From Phormidium sp. (GTDB taxonomy: Bacteria; Cyanobacteriota; Cyanobacteriia; Cyanobacteriales; Aerosakkonemataceae): a stretch of DNA of 64,000 bases. Both the position numbers and the translations under genes were made by a program. Under the pieces are notes generated by a model, which was not told the DNA's origin, did not search any database, and worked only from the letters and a program-made list of their open reading frames with translations. The stretch is from contig CP143273.1 of assembly GCA_051013385.1 (NCBI GenBank), positions 1,888,001 through 1,952,000 on the forward strand, given 5' to 3'. Below, piece by piece: positions 1 through 11,130 of the stretch. Position 1 is the stretch's first letter, and the number at the start of each line of letters is the position of its first letter.

Positions 1-1
1 A

Positions 2-277
2 GACGGGCATAGTTGTCAATACTGCGGTTACACAGGGGACGAGTTAACCCTCGATCATGTTCTCCCTCGTTCTCGCGGTGGAGGCGAAAGTTGGGAAAAT
101 ATGGTGACAGCCTGTGTCCGGTGCAACATCAAAAAAGGCAACCGCACACCCTCAGAAGCAAATATGCTTTTAAGGAATACACCGCGAAAACCTTACAGCA
201 GTCTATATTTTGAAGTTGCTAAACACATAAAAAGTGGTACGCATCAAGAGTGGCGAAAATATGTTATCGGTGTTTGA
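2..277 (+). CDS. HNH endonuclease (McrA-like), 5'-truncated by the window edge
   Basis: Manual translation of frame 2: DGHSCQYCG...LTLDHVLPRSRGGGESWENMVTACVRCNIKKG...YVIGV*. Contains CxxC, DH..P.SRGG, N and CxxCN HNH motifs. Not in the ORF track. Confidence 0.9.
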   Translation, partial: DGHSCQYCGYTGDELTLDHVLPRSRGGGESWENMVTACVRCNIKKGNRTPSEANMLLRNTPRKPYSSLYFEVAKHIKSGTHQEWRKYVIGV

Positions 278-280
278 CAG

Positions 281-310
281 ACCTGCACGAAATAAAGTGC
301 AGGTTTTTTT
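281..310 (+). terminator. Intrinsic terminator after the HNH gene
   Basis: ACCTGCAC-gaaataaa-GTGCAGGT stem-loop followed by a T-run. Confidence 0.8.
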
Positions 311-325
311 ATAAGGGAAGGGAAC

Positions 326-625
326 GGGGACTGGGGACTGGGGACTGGGGACTGGGGACTGGGGACTGGGAGAAAGTTCTGAGTTTTGAGTTTTGAGTTT
401 TGAGTTGGGGAGATGGAGGAGTTTTGAGTTTTGAGTTTTGAGTTTTGAGTTTTGTAGAGTTGCAGAGTTTTAAGTTTTGAGTTTTGAGTTTTGTAGAGTT
501 GCAGAGTTTTAAGTTTTAAATTCTCCCCTGCCCCTCTGCCCCTCTGCCCCTCTGCCCCTCTGCCCCTCTGCCCCCTCTAGCGAACCTGCCCCTCTGCCCC
601 CTCTAGCGAACCTGCCCCCCTGCCT
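326..625. repeat. Cluster of short tandem repeats (STRR-type): (GGGGACT)n, (TTTTGAG)n, (CCCCTCTG)n
   Basis: Directly visible heptamer and octamer arrays, typical of filamentous cyanobacteria. Confidence 0.9.
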
Positions 626-811
626 GCATTAGGGGCTTCTACCGAATGAAATACTCAACAGGGGGGTATGTACAAACTGGATTTTTTTGCGAAGATCGAA
701 GAGAAGCAACTTAACTCAACCTGGGGAATGCTGCTTTGTTGCAAGCATAACCACAGGAAAAAAATTGTACATTCTAGACTTCGTAAAGTACCCCTACCCC
801 TTTTTAATAAT

Positions 812-2086
812 ATGCAATCTCGATCGATCGAGTCACTCGAACGTTTAACCCTATTAGCTGATTCTCCTGTGGAACTAAAGGCAAATACAGCCAATACTGA
901 TTCTCAGCCAAAGCGATCGGGTTCGTCTGCATCTGAATCGATAAACGAACCTATCAGACGTACCCCCAGTCAATTATCCGCTCAAAAAACCCAAGCTCTA
1001 CAACAAACCTTAGAGCGCCATCGGGAAGAAAAGCAAATTATAGTAGTTCAGGATTTCCCCGATCCTGATGCTTTATCATGTGCTTGGGCGTACCAATTAA
1101 TCGCCCAACAATATGGCATTCAATGCGACATTGTTTATGGTGGTACTTTGAGTCACCAAGAAAATATTGCCTTGGTGAAATTGACTAACCTACCTGCAAT
1201 GCGTTGGACACCGCAAGTCGTGAAAAACAAAGATTTATCTGTGTATCAAGGTTGCGTTTTAATCGATAACCAAGGTACTACCAGCCAATTAATGACGCAA
1301 GTCCAGCAAGCTGGAATTCCCACAATTGTAGTAGTTGACCATCACCAGCTACAAGGTAATTTACAAGCTGAATTTATTGATATTCGTCCAGCTGTTCGTG
1401 CTACATCAACAATTTTTACCCAATACTTGCAAGCAGGATTACTGGAGTTAGATAACGGCATTAGCGAGCACGTAAAATGCGCTACAGCTTTAATGCACGG
1501 TTTGCGTTCTGATACTAATGGGTTGCGACAAGCGCAGGAAGAAGAATTTCTCGCTGCTGCTTATCTTAGCCGTTTTTACGATCCCCAAATGCTCAATGCT
1601 GTATTACAGGCGACTCGTTCTAAACGAGTGATGGATGTAATAGAGCGTAGTTTGAAAAACCGCATTGTGAAAAATAACTTCTCAATTGCTGGAGTTGGTT
1701 ATTTGCTTTACGATGACCGTGATGCCATTCCCCAAGCTGCCGATTTCTTAGTAACAGAAGAAAACGTGCATACGGCAGTGGTTTATGGTATTGTTCATGA
1801 TGAAGATAAAGAGCGGGAATTAGTAGTTGGTTCTTTAAGAACTACTAAACTCACTCTCGATCCCGATGAATTTATCAAAGAAGCTTTTGGTCAAGACAAT
1901 CAAGGACGTTTCTTTGGTGGTGGACGTTCAATGGCGGGAGGGTTTGAAATTCCGATCGGTTTCTTAGGTGGCAGTAACGAAAATTCGGAATATGCCAAAC
2001 TGAAATGGGAAGTTTTTGATAGCCAAATTAAACAAAAGCTCTTAAAACTAGTGAATCCCACCCATAACTTGATTGAAACCGAATAG
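812..2086 (+). CDS. DHH-family phosphoesterase (NrnA-like oligoribonuclease/pAp phosphatase)
   Basis: PDPDA, vvDHH and GGG motifs. ORF track start is 668; the ATG at 812 is a more plausible start. Confidence 0.85.
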   Translation: MQSRSIESLERLTLLADSPVELKANTANTDSQPKRSGSSASESINEPIRRTPSQLSAQKTQALQQTLERHREEKQIIVVQDFPDPDALSCAWAYQLIAQQYGIQCDIVYGGTLSHQENIALVKLTNLPAMRWTPQVVKNKDLSVYQGCVLIDNQGTTSQLMTQVQQAGIPTIVVVDHHQLQGNLQAEFIDIRPAVRATSTIFTQYLQAGLLELDNGISEHVKCATALMHGLRSDTNGLRQAQEEEFLAAAYLSRFYDPQMLNAVLQATRSKRVMDVIERSLKNRIVKNNFSIAGVGYLLYDDRDAIPQAADFLVTEENVHTAVVYGIVHDEDKERELVVGSLRTTKLTLDPDEFIKEAFGQDNQGRFFGGGRSMAGGFEIPIGFLGGSNENSEYAKLKWEVFDSQIKQKLLKLVNPTHNLIETE

Positions 2087-2196
2087 TTGGGTAAAGTTGC
2101 AAGTTGCAGATATTAGATTTTTGGCTCATTTTACTATAAAATCAAGAATCTTAAATCTGTTAGCGAAGCGTGTGCGGAATGCACGCAAATCAAGCA

Positions 2197-2691
2197 ATGG
2201 TGAATTTGTACTTGGTGCGTCATGGGATCGCTGCTTTAAGAGAAGAGTATCCTGAAGATGGGGTAAGACCGCTGACGAGTGAGGGGAAGCGGAAAACCAA
2301 GCAAGTAGCTCAACAATTGTTTAAATTGGGTCTGCGGTTTGATTTAATTTTGACTAGTCCGTTGGTACGAGCTCGCCAAACTGCTGATATTCTAAAAGCG
2401 ATCGGACTAAGTTCCCAGCTAGAAGAATCAACAGACCTAACTCCAGAAGGTAGCATCTACTCTTGGTTAACTTGGTGGGAGGAGTGGCAAAACCAAGGCG
2501 GTAGTAGTTTAGCATTAGTTGGTCATGAACCAAACTTAGGAGAATGGACGGAAATTTTGGTTTGGGGTGAAGCAAAAGGCAATTTGTTAGTTAAAAAAGC
2601 TGGCGTTATTGGAGTGCAACTTCCCGAAAGTGGTTCTCCGATCGGTCGTAGTTTATTATTTTGGCTAACACCACCAAAGTTCTTGCTGTAG
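2197..2691 (+). CDS. sixA: Phosphohistidine phosphatase SixA
   Basis: LYLVRHG, RPLT, SPLVRARQTA and LVGHEP motifs; lies upstream of gltA. Confidence 0.9.
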   Translation: MVNLYLVRHGIAALREEYPEDGVRPLTSEGKRKTKQVAQQLFKLGLRFDLILTSPLVRARQTADILKAIGLSSQLEESTDLTPEGSIYSWLTWWEEWQNQGGSSLALVGHEPNLGEWTEILVWGEAKGNLLVKKAGVIGVQLPESGSPIGRSLLFWLTPPKFLL

Positions 2692-2785
2692 CAACTCTTA
2701 AATCATTTCGGTGCTAACCGTAACAGGTTCAGACTTTCTGGTAAGTTAGCCTGAAGAGATATTCATGTAAGCAAAGAGTAAGGAT

Positions 2786-3928
2786 ATGACCGTCTGCGAG
2801 TTTAGACCAGGTTTAGAAGGAATTCCCGCTGCTGAATCTGCTATTAGTCATGTTGATGGACACAAGGGAATTTTGGAATATCGGGGTATTAAAATTGAAG
2901 AGTTGGCAGAAAAAAGCAACTTCTTAGAAACAACCTATCTGTTAATTTGGGGTAAGCTACCAACTAAGCCAGAATTAGATGCTTTTGAACATGAAATCCG
3001 TTATCATCGTCGGATTAAGTATCGCATCGTTGATATGATGAAATGCTTCCCAGAAAGCGGTCATCCGATGGATGCTTTGCAAGCTTCAGCGGCAGCGTTA
3101 GGATTGTTCTATTCTCGGCGCGATTTGCATAATCCAGCTTATATTCGAGCAGCTGTGGTGCGATTGATGGCGAAAATCCCCACGATGGTAGCTGCTTTCC
3201 AGTTGATGCGGAATGGGAATGAGCCTGTTAGACCCCGTGACGATTTGGGTTATTCAGCTAACTTTCTTTATATGCTCAATGAAAGGGAACCTGACCCATT
3301 ATCGGCAAGAATCATGGATATTTGCCTGATTCTTCATGCTGAACATACGATGAATGCTTCTACTTTCTCGGCAAGAGTGACTGCTTCGACTTTGACAGAC
3401 CCTTATGCAGTCATAGCTTCAGCTGTGGGAACTTTAGGTGGGCCTTTACATGGGGGCGCAAATGAAGAAGTTATTGAAATGTTAGAAGAGATTGGCTCGG
3501 TGGAAAATGTTCGCCCTTATTTAGAGGATTGTTTGCAGCGCAAATCGAAAATAATGGGCTTTGGTCATCGAGTGTACAAGGTGAAAGACCCCAGAGCTAC
3601 CATACTCCAAGGTTTAGCCGAGCAATTGTTTGACAAGTTCGGGATGGACAAATATTACGAAATTGCAGTGGAGTTGGAAAGGGCGGTGGAAGAGAAGTTG
3701 GGACACAAGGGAATTTACCCGAATGTTGACTTTTATTCCGGTTTGTTGTATAGAAAGATGGGAATTCCTACAGATTTGTTTACGCCGATTTTTGCGATCG
3801 CTCGTGTAGCTGGCTGGTTAGCCCACTGGAAAGAACAACTCGAAGAAAACCGCATCTATCGCCCCACCCAAGTTTACACCGGATACCACGAATCTAATTA
3901 CATCCCAATGGAGAAACGGTGTTCTTGA
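2786..3928 (+). CDS. gltA: Citrate synthase
   Basis: HAEH, GPLHGGAN, GFGHRVYK and YPNVDFYSG motifs. Confidence 0.97.
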   Translation: MTVCEFRPGLEGIPAAESAISHVDGHKGILEYRGIKIEELAEKSNFLETTYLLIWGKLPTKPELDAFEHEIRYHRRIKYRIVDMMKCFPESGHPMDALQASAAALGLFYSRRDLHNPAYIRAAVVRLMAKIPTMVAAFQLMRNGNEPVRPRDDLGYSANFLYMLNEREPDPLSARIMDICLILHAEHTMNASTFSARVTASTLTDPYAVIASAVGTLGGPLHGGANEEVIEMLEEIGSVENVRPYLEDCLQRKSKIMGFGHRVYKVKDPRATILQGLAEQLFDKFGMDKYYEIAVELERAVEEKLGHKGIYPNVDFYSGLLYRKMGIPTDLFTPIFAIARVAGWLAHWKEQLEENRIYRPTQVYTGYHESNYIPMEKRCS

Positions 3929-3954
3929 TGAGGCTCCAGGGGTTCCGGGGACAA

Positions 3955-4208
3955 GGGGCAGAGGGGCAGAGGGGCAGAGGGGCAGAGGGGCAGAGGGGCA
4001 GAGGGGCAGAGGGGCAAGAAAACTTCTTAACTCTGTCACTCTCTCACTCAAAACTGTCCCCAAACTCTCCTAAACTCAAAACTCTGTCACTCTCTCACTC
4101 AAAACTGTCCCCAAACTCTCCTAAACTCAAAACTCTGTCACTCTCTCACTCAAAACTGTCCCCAAACTCTCCTAAACTCAAAACTCTGTCACTCTCTCAC
4201 TCAAAACT
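3955..4208. repeat. (GGGGCAGA)n array followed by about 3.5 copies of a 51-bp tandem repeat
   Basis: Unit ACTCTGTCACTCTCTCACTCAAAACTGTCCCCAAACTCTCCTAAACTCAAA repeats at a 51-nt period. Confidence 0.9.
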
Positions 4209-4375
4209 TCCTCAGTCCCCATTAGTCTATCTCAGGGTTAGTTATAAGTAGAAATTGTGATTACCTGTGCTGGGCTGTAGTCCCTGCAACGATATACTAT
4301 GCAGAGAAGTTCTAAAAAAATCTTCACAAACTCATAAACCGAGTTTGGGCGAGGTCACGAAAAATATCGACAAAC

Positions 4376-5494
4376 ATGAACTCAGGAATAGACCTGCAAG
4401 GCATTTTTATTAAGTCTCTCACGGACTTTGGCATCCCATCGGGAGCAGCTAAAGCCTTATGGCTTCCCCTACCGATGTTCTTGATGATTATCGGTGCAAC
4501 TGTAGGAGTGCTCGTTACCGTTTGGCTAGAACGGAAGATTTCCGCTGCTGCTCAACAACGGATTGGCCCAGAGTATATGGGGCCATTTGGGGTGTTAGCG
4601 CCCGTAGCAGATGGAATTAAGCTGGTTTTTAAAGAAGATACGCTTCCGGCTAAGACTGACGGAATTTTATTTACTCTGGGGCCAATTATCGTAGTTATCC
4701 CGGTGTTTTTGTCCTATTTAATCGTGCCGTTTGGACAAAATCTGGTGATTACTGATATTGGGATGGGGATATTTCTGTGGATTGCCTTTTCCAGTATTGC
4801 GCCCATTGGTCTGCTGATGTCAGGTTATGCCTCCAATAATAAGTATTCACTACTGGGTGGCTTAAGGGCAGCAGCACAATCTATTAGTTATGAAGTTCCT
4901 TTGTCTTTGTCGGTGATTGCGGTGGTGATGATGTCTAATAGCCTCAGCACGATCGACATTGTAGACCAGCAATCTAGTTTGGGAATTTTAAGCTGGAATA
5001 TCTGGCGACAACCTTTAGGGTTCATAATTTTTTGGATTTGCGCTTTAGCAGAATGCGAGCGTTTGCCTTTTGACCTTCCCGAAGCAGAAGAAGAATTAGT
5101 TGCAGGTTATCAAACCGAGTATTCAGGCATGAAATTCGCCCTGTTTTACCTTGGTTCTTACGTTAACTTAGTTCTCTCTGCTTTAATCTTTGCCATTCTT
5201 TATTTGGGTGGCTGGAATTTCCCCGTTCCCATTGAAACATTAGCAAGTTGGTTAGGAGTCAGCGAAACTAATTCCTGGTTACAAATTATCACCGCTTCTT
5301 TGGGCATCGGCATGACTGTACTCAAAGCTTACTTCCTAGTATTTTTAGCAGTTTTGGTACGCTGGACAGTACCTCGCGTCAGAATCGATCAATTGCTAAA
5401 TTTAGGATGGAAGTTCTTACTACCCATTGGTTTAGCAAACTTGCTATTAACGGCAGCTTTGAAGTTAGCATTTCCAGTTGCGTTTGGCGGGTAG
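4376..5494 (+). CDS. ndhA: NAD(P)H-quinone oxidoreductase subunit 1
   Basis: [16 protein letters not shown] and [18 protein letters not shown] motifs. Confidence 0.98.
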   Translation: MNSGIDLQGIFIKSLTDFGIPSGAAKALWLPLPMFLMIIGATVGVLVTVWLERKISAAAQQRIGPEYMGPFGVLAPVADGIKLVFKEDTLPAKTDGILFTLGPIIVVIPVFLSYLIVPFGQNLVITDIGMGIFLWIAFSSIAPIGLLMSGYASNNKYSLLGGLRAAAQSISYEVPLSLSVIAVVMMSNSLSTIDIVDQQSSLGILSWNIWRQPLGFIIFWICALAECERLPFDLPEAEEELVAGYQTEYSGMKFALFYLGSYVNLVLSALIFAILYLGGWNFPVPIETLASWLGVSETNSWLQIITASLGIGMTVLKAYFLVFLAVLVRWTVPRVRIDQLLNLGWKFLLPIGLANLLLTAALKLAFPVAFGG

Positions 5495-5660
5495 TCATTG
5501 GTCATTGGTCATTAGTCATTGGTCATTGGTCATTGGTAGTTGAAAAAGTAAATTGAATCAGTAAATGAAAAATTGCTCTTTCTCACAAATGACAAATGAC
5601 GAATGACAAATAACATAAGACGAATGACAAATAACATAAGACATAAGACAAATGACAAAA
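5494..5660. repeat. STRR-type (GTCATTG)n and (ATGACAA)-like repeats between ndhA and ndhI
   Basis: Visible heptamer repeats in opposite orientations. Confidence 0.8.
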
Positions 5661-5664
5661 AATT

Positions 5665-6246
5665 ATGAAGTTCCTCAAACAGGTTGGAGATTACGCGAAA
5701 GAGGCAGTTCAAGCTGCTAAGTTTATTGGTCAAGGTTTATCTGTAACTTTTGACCACATGCGTCGCCGTCCAGTTACGGTACAGTACCCTTACGAAAAAT
5801 TGATTCCTTCGGAACGTTTTCGGGGTCGGATTCACTTTGAATTTGACAAGTGTATCTCTTGCGAAGTTTGCGTGCGTGTATGTCCAATTAATTTACCTGT
5901 AGTGGATTGGGAATTCAATAAAGAAACGAAGAAGAAACAACTCAAACACTACAGTATCGATTTCGGAGTTTGTATTTTCTGTGGCAATTGTGTGGAATAT
6001 TGTCCGACTAATTGTTTGTCAATGACAGAAGATTATGAGCTTTCGACTTACGATCGCCACGAGTTAAACTACGATAACGTAGCTTTGGGTCGCTTACCTT
6101 ATAAGGTGACAAACGATCCAATGGTGACACCTTTACGCGAATTTGTTTACCTGCCAAAAGGTGTATTAGACCCCCACGATTTGCCACCAGGGACTCGCGG
6201 TGCTGGTAAACTACCAGAAGAAATTCTCCAAGAAACAGAGAAATAG
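5665..6246 (+). CDS. ndhI: NAD(P)H-quinone oxidoreductase subunit I
   Basis: Two CxxCxxCxxxCP 4Fe-4S motifs; operon order. Confidence 0.98.
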   Translation: MKFLKQVGDYAKEAVQAAKFIGQGLSVTFDHMRRRPVTVQYPYEKLIPSERFRGRIHFEFDKCISCEVCVRVCPINLPVVDWEFNKETKKKQLKHYSIDFGVCIFCGNCVEYCPTNCLSMTEDYELSTYDRHELNYDNVALGRLPYKVTNDPMVTPLREFVYLPKGVLDPHDLPPGTRGAGKLPEEILQETEK

Positions 6247-6385
6247 GGACTGGGGACTGGATGATTTTAGATTTTAGATTTTAGATTTTAGATTGACTTA
6301 GTTAAAAATCTAAAATCGAAAAACTAAAATCGAAAATTTCCCAGTACCCACTCCCCAAATTAACGTTATTAAAGGACAAAAAACT

Positions 6386-7006
6386 GTGAATCTAGCAGAA
6401 GGAGTTCAAATTGTTTCCTTTGGACTGCTCTCATTAATGATGATTGGTGCAGCACTGGGAGTAGTGTTGTTGTCTAATATTGTCTATTCAGCTTTTTTGC
6501 TGGGTGGTACGTTTATTAGCATTGCCGGATTGTACATTTTACTAAATGCTGATTTTGTGGCAGCAGCACAAGTGCTAATTTATGTGGGAGCAGTTAACGT
6601 TTTGATTTTGTTTGCCATTATGTTGGTAAATAAAAGGCAAGATTTTACACCACTTCCTAACGCTTGGGTGCGGAAAGGAGCAACAGCTTTAGTTTGTACT
6701 GGTTTATTTGTGTTGCTAGGAACAATGGTTTTGGCAACTCCTTGGACTACAACAAAAGTTGTGGGTACTGTCCCGGCTCAATCTTCTATTGTGACAATTG
6801 GCGAGCATTTTTTCACTGACTTTTTGTTACCTTTTGAGTTGGCTTCTGTGTTGTTGTTAATCGCAATGGTGGGGGCAATTATTTTAGCTCGTCGCGAGTT
6901 CTTACCAGAGCAAATAATATCTCCAGAAACACCTCAACAACCTGCTTTGACTTTACCGGAAAGACCAAGGGATTTGTTAATAGCAGGTAGTGATAAAAAG
7001 GGTTAA
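6386..7006 (+). CDS. ndhG: NAD(P)H-quinone oxidoreductase subunit 6
   Basis: AAAQVLIYVGAVNVLILF and LLPFELAS motifs. Confidence 0.97.
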   Translation: MNLAEGVQIVSFGLLSLMMIGAALGVVLLSNIVYSAFLLGGTFISIAGLYILLNADFVAAAQVLIYVGAVNVLILFAIMLVNKRQDFTPLPNAWVRKGATALVCTGLFVLLGTMVLATPWTTTKVVGTVPAQSSIVTIGEHFFTDFLLPFELASVLLLIAMVGAIILARREFLPEQIISPETPQQPALTLPERPRDLLIAGSDKKG

Positions 7007-7033
7007 GTTTCACTGTGAGGAAATAGAGGATTC

Positions 7034-7345
7034 ATGCAGTTACAATTACAATATTTTCTGCTAATAGCAGCGGCTCTTTTCTGTATTGGGATTTACGGAT
7101 TGATTACTAGTCGCAATGCTGTGCGGGTGCTAATGTCGATCGAACTACTGCTTAATGCCGTAAATCTGAATTTGATGGGTTTTTCTAATTTTTTAGATCC
7201 CCAAGCAATAAAAGGACAAGTGTTTACAGTGTTTATCATTACCGTCGCCGCCGCCGAAGCCGCTGTAGGATTGGCGATCGTCCTGGCAATCTACCGCAAC
7301 CGCGATACGGTGGATATGGAGGCGTTTAATTTGTTGAAGTGGTAA
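7034..7345 (+). CDS. ndhE: NAD(P)H-quinone oxidoreductase subunit 4L
   Basis: [16 protein letters not shown] and [11 protein letters not shown] motifs. Confidence 0.97.
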   Translation: MQLQLQYFLLIAAALFCIGIYGLITSRNAVRVLMSIELLLNAVNLNLMGFSNFLDPQAIKGQVFTVFIITVAAAEAAVGLAIVLAIYRNRDTVDMEAFNLLKW

Positions 7346-7510
7346 TGGGTGACTGGGGACTGGGGACTGGGGACTGGGTAGAGAGTTTCTCGTTTAGAGA
7401 GTTTTCAGTTTTCCCTCACGCCTCTCTACCTTTCTCAGTCAAGAGTCCCTAATCCCCAGTCAAGAGTCCCTAATCCCCTGAAAAATATAACGACTGGAGT
7501 TGGTTATTAA

Positions 7511-8434
7511 GTGCAGCTAAAACACATAATCATTGCACACAAAGCAGGAGATGACCTGAGTCGGCAATGGGCAGAAAATTGTGCGCGACAATTGGAAAAG
7601 CGGAATTGTCAGGTGTTATTGGGGCCAAGTGGATCAAAAGATAATCCTTATCCGGTTTTTTTGGCTTCCTCAATTCATAAAATAGATTTGGCTTTGGTGT
7701 TGGGTGGAGATGGTACGGCATTAGCGGCGGCGAGGAATTTAGCGGCGGAAGGGATTCCGATTTTAGCGGTAAATGTGGGGGGACATTTGGGGTTTTTGAC
7801 TCAGCCGTTTGAGGAATTTAAAGATACAGAGAAAGTTTGGGATCGGTTGTTGGAAGATCGTTATGCTATTCAACGGCGAATGATGTTGCAGGCGGCTTTG
7901 TTTGAGGGCGATCGCTCTAATCAAGAACCGATGAGTCAGTACTATTTGGCTTTAAATGAAATGTGTGTCAAGCCTGCTTCTGCCGATCGCATGATCACTT
8001 CATTTTTAGAGATGGAAATTGATGGCGAAGTGGTAGATCAATATCAAGGTGATGGTTTAATTGTGGCTACGCCTACGGGGTCAACTTGTTATACTGTTTC
8101 TGCTAATGGCCCAATTATTCATGATGGGATGCACGCGATCGCAGTTACTCCCATTTGTCCTTTAAGTTTAGCGAGTCGTCCCTTGGTTTTACCTGCTGGC
8201 TCGGTGGTAAGTATTTGGCCTTTAGGAGATTATGATTTAAATACTAAACTCTGGATGGATGGTGTTTTAGCAACGGCAATTTGGCCGGGACAAAGAGTGG
8301 ATGTCAGAATGGCTGACTGTCTTGCTAAGTTTATTATTTTGCGGGAAAACCACTCTTATTATCAAACTTTACGGGAAAAATTAATGTGGGCTGGGGCGAG
8401 AATTCATTACAACAATAATCATCGTCAGGGATAG
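7511..8434 (+). CDS. nadK: NAD(+) kinase
   Basis: GGDGT, ALNE and GDGLIVATPTGSTCY motifs. Confidence 0.95.
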   Translation: MQLKHIIIAHKAGDDLSRQWAENCARQLEKRNCQVLLGPSGSKDNPYPVFLASSIHKIDLALVLGGDGTALAAARNLAAEGIPILAVNVGGHLGFLTQPFEEFKDTEKVWDRLLEDRYAIQRRMMLQAALFEGDRSNQEPMSQYYLALNEMCVKPASADRMITSFLEMEIDGEVVDQYQGDGLIVATPTGSTCYTVSANGPIIHDGMHAIAVTPICPLSLASRPLVLPAGSVVSIWPLGDYDLNTKLWMDGVLATAIWPGQRVDVRMADCLAKFIILRENHSYYQTLREKLMWAGARIHYNNNHRQG

Positions 8435-8510
8435 GGGACTGGGGATTGGGGACTGGGGACTGGGATTCCTCAATAGCAGTGATGCAGCATATATCCTTTA
8501 CCAACAAGAT

Positions 8511-8540
8511 TGTAGAGACGTTATATATAACGTCTCTACA
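8511..8540. repeat. Perfect 30-bp palindrome of the GTAGAGACG REP-like family
   Basis: TGTAGAGACGTTATATATAACGTCTCTACA; related copies at 26720-26747 and 47920-47953. Confidence 0.9.
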
Positions 8541-8560
8541 TCATGGGAAATTTAGTGATT

Positions 8561-9226
8561 CTAAGCGATCGGCAAAGAGTTTCTAGCTTCTTGGGCGATT
8601 TGCTCTACTTCATCATTAGTCATCGTTTGCAGTATAGCCAAAGCTTCTGGACTACCTAAACGATTGAGTGCTTGAACTACACGATAACGAATTTGCCAGT
8701 CAGGATCTTTGGCATAGTGACTCAGGAGAGGAACTGCGCGTAAGTCTCCCAATTCACCAAGAGAACTGATAGCGGCTGTTTTGACTAAATCTACCTCTGA
8801 TTTGAGTGCTTCTTCTAGGAGATTAAAAGCTTGGCTGTCTCCCATTTCTCCTAAAGCGGCAATGATGCTCATTTGTAGCAACCACTCCGAGGTGTTGTGG
8901 TAGGTTTGTTCTAAGTCTGAGAGAGCTTCTTTTAATTGTAAAGCTCCTAGACAGTCGGCGGCGGCTGCTTGTACGTCTACTTCCGAGTCGTTTAGCAGGC
9001 GATCGCGCAAGATATCGAAAGATTTTTTCAGATTTTCCCAGCCAAGGGTGTCTAATTGACTAACAGCAGCGTAACGCACTCTGGGGTTGCTGTCCTTGAT
9101 GGGGATTTGCACTAGCCTAAAGGCGTTACGTCTGTCTAACTGGCGCAGTTGGTTGACGGCGCGTAAGCGATCGCTAAGTTCCTCTGAACGAAGCAATTTT
9201 TGCACAGAGTCAGGATTTATGGTCAT
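8561..9226 (-). CDS. nblB: HEAT-repeat protein, phycobilisome degradation NblB-like
   Basis: PBS-lyase-type HEAT repeats (RVRYAAVSQL, DVQAAAADCLG); next to a CBS gene. Confidence 0.8.
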   Translation of the reverse strand: MTINPDSVQKLLRSEELSDRLRAVNQLRQLDRRNAFRLVQIPIKDSNPRVRYAAVSQLDTLGWENLKKSFDILRDRLLNDSEVDVQAAAADCLGALQLKEALSDLEQTYHNTSEWLLQMSIIAALGEMGDSQAFNLLEEALKSEVDLVKTAAISSLGELGDLRAVPLLSHYAKDPDWQIRYRVVQALNRLGSPEALAILQTMTNDEVEQIAQEARNSLPIA

Positions 9227-9371
9227 TTGTCAGTAAAAAGGGTTTTCAAAGAACAAAGCTGATTGGTCACAGGTCAAAAGATTTTAGATTTTAGATTTTA
9301 GATTTTGGATGGTTCGATCGCAAATCTAAAATCCATATAGAATTCAATGGCAAATGACCAGGACTAATAAA

Positions 9372-9839
9372 CTAGTCTTGACTGGCTGCCATTGCCCGAA
9401 TAATATCTCCGCGAGTGAGAATGCCGATAATTTGTCCCGCATCATCAATGACTGGCAAGCGACGAATGTTTTTGTCGTGCATTAATTGTGCTGCTTTCTG
9501 CAAGGGTTGGTCGGGAGCGGTGGTAATTAACGAATCTTTCGTCATCACTTCTCCCACCGTTTGCCCCAAAGCTTTGTGTAAGTCTCGATCGTAACGGGCA
9601 GGATTTTCTAAGTAAATCACGCTGTCAAGAATCATGATATATGCTGGGGGAGTCACCCCGGTTTCTCGCCACATTAAGTCTGTTTCCGAGATTACACCCA
9701 CTAATTTGCCAGCCTGATCCACTACTGGCAGTCCACTAATACGTCGCTGGGCCATAATTTTAATCGCCTCTTGGAGAGGTGTTTCGGGCCGCACTGAAAT
9801 CGGATCGCGGCTCATTACATCGGCAACAGTTTTGGGCAT
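9372..9839 (-). CDS. CBS-domain pair protein
   Basis: VADVM...ISGLPVVD...GVISETD and IRRLPVID...GILTRGD. Confidence 0.92.
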   Translation of the reverse strand: MPKTVADVMSRDPISVRPETPLQEAIKIMAQRRISGLPVVDQAGKLVGVISETDLMWRETGVTPPAYIMILDSVIYLENPARYDRDLHKALGQTVGEVMTKDSLITTAPDQPLQKAAQLMHDKNIRRLPVIDDAGQIIGILTRGDIIRAMAASQD

Positions 9840-10065
9840 AATCGACTAAATTCTTTCCTGATCAATTCCCCGTTATCCTAATTGTAGGAAATAATACGGA
9901 TTTTCTGAGTGCGGTTTACACATTGTTAATTATTCGGGAATGGGGGGGTAGTTCTTAGCTTCGTTTTTTGAGTTTTGAGTTTTGAGTTTTGAGTTAAAGA
10001 GAAAGTTTTAAGTTTATTAACTTCCCCTTGTCTCAAGAGTCCCCTAGTCCCCTAGTCCCCAATCC

Positions 10066-11130
10066 CTAGTCCCCAGTCCCTAGTCCCCAGTCCCTTTGGC
10101 AGTAACCTTGTAAGATGTGGATGCAGTTGGCGATCGCACCGAGATGAGCGATTTCATAACCGTGAGTGTTTTGGGTGGGAAAGCTTAGGCAAGCGGCGCG
10201 GGCAACGTGACCGAATTTCATGGCGATCGAGGCATCGGAACCAAAACCACTGAGAACGGCTAGTTGTAAAGGTATGCCAAGTTCTTTGGCGACGGTTCGT
10301 AGGTCGTTGTTTAATGATTCGTCATAAATTCCGTAGCCATCTTGTGATAATAAAACTGGTGCTTCTCCGTCTTGGATTGGGTATTCGCTGGATAGGGGAC
10401 AAATTTCTAGGGCGATTAAGGCTTCGAGTTTTTGGTTTTGGGTAAAGTAGAGTGCGCCTATTGCGCCGACTTCTTCTTTTGCTGAGGCGACTAAATAGGT
10501 ATCGACTGCGGGTTGTTTGATGTTTTCGGCTAGGGCTAGGAGGATGGCGATCGAGGCTTTATTATCTAAGGTGTAACTGGCGATGTGGTTTTTGAGGCGA
10601 ATCGGGCGTTTGCGGTGTTTGCCAATTACGACGCGAGTTCCGGGGCGAATACCCGCTGCTTCTAGTTCTTCAGTTGTCAGTTTGGTTTCTACCCAGGTGT
10701 CTTCCCATTTTAAGGGTTTGTCTTCTTGTTGGGCTTTTTGCGGTGATTCGTGGGAGACGTGGCGAGATCCAAAGGAAAGAATTCCACTTATTGTTTGATT
10801 GTCGCCTAGTAAGTCTAGAACTCCTTCACCGTAAACCCAAGGAAATGCGCCGCCTAGTTTGCGGATTTGGATTTTTCCTTCTGGTTCGATGCTTTTGACT
10901 ATTGCGCCAATTTCGTCTTTGTGGGCGGTGATGGCGATCGCTCTGGTAGAATCTTTGCCTGGGAGGTGGGCGATCGCATTTCCGGCGCGATCGATCCAAG
11001 CTTTTACTCCTATTGTTTCAAAATTTTGGAGTAATAGGCGATCGATTTCATTTTCTGCGCCACTAGGAGAATGATGCAATACTAATTGTTCGATGATATT
11101 GAATAGGTTGTCGTAGGTTAAGGTGGACAT
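10066..11130 (-). CDS. M42-family metallopeptidase
   Basis: HSPSG.E, AHKDEIG, LDNK, KEEVG and NTHGYE motifs. The C-terminus runs into GGGGACT repeats. Confidence 0.88.
   Translation of the reverse strand: MSTLTYDNLFNIIEQLVLHHSPSGAENEIDRLLLQNFETIGVKAWIDRAGNAIAHLPGKDSTRAIAITAHKDEIGAIVKSIEPEGKIQIRKLGGAFPWVYGEGVLDLLGDNQTISGILSFGSRHVSHESPQKAQQEDKPLKWEDTWVETKLTTEELEAAGIRPGTRVVIGKHRKRPIRLKNHIASYTLDNKASIAILLALAENIKQPAVDTYLVASAKEEVGAIGALYFTQNQKLEALIALEICPLSSEYPIQDGEAPVLLSQDGYGIYDESLNNDLRTVAKELGIPLQLAVLSGFGSDASIAMKFGHVARAACLSFPTQNTHGYEIAHLGAIANCIHILQGYCQRDWGLGTGD

Noticed and set aside
13..213. 66-aa ORF in the track
   Set aside because: Wrong frame; frame 2 encodes a clear HNH endonuclease
4029..4208. 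51-bp repeat as a possible CRISPR array
   Set aside because: Units are contiguous and identical, with no unique spacers and no cas genes
3818..4251. ORFs 3818-4063 (-) and 3919-4251 (+) with repetitive peptides
   Set aside because: Translations of 8-bp and 51-bp intergenic tandem repeats, with no independent coding evidence
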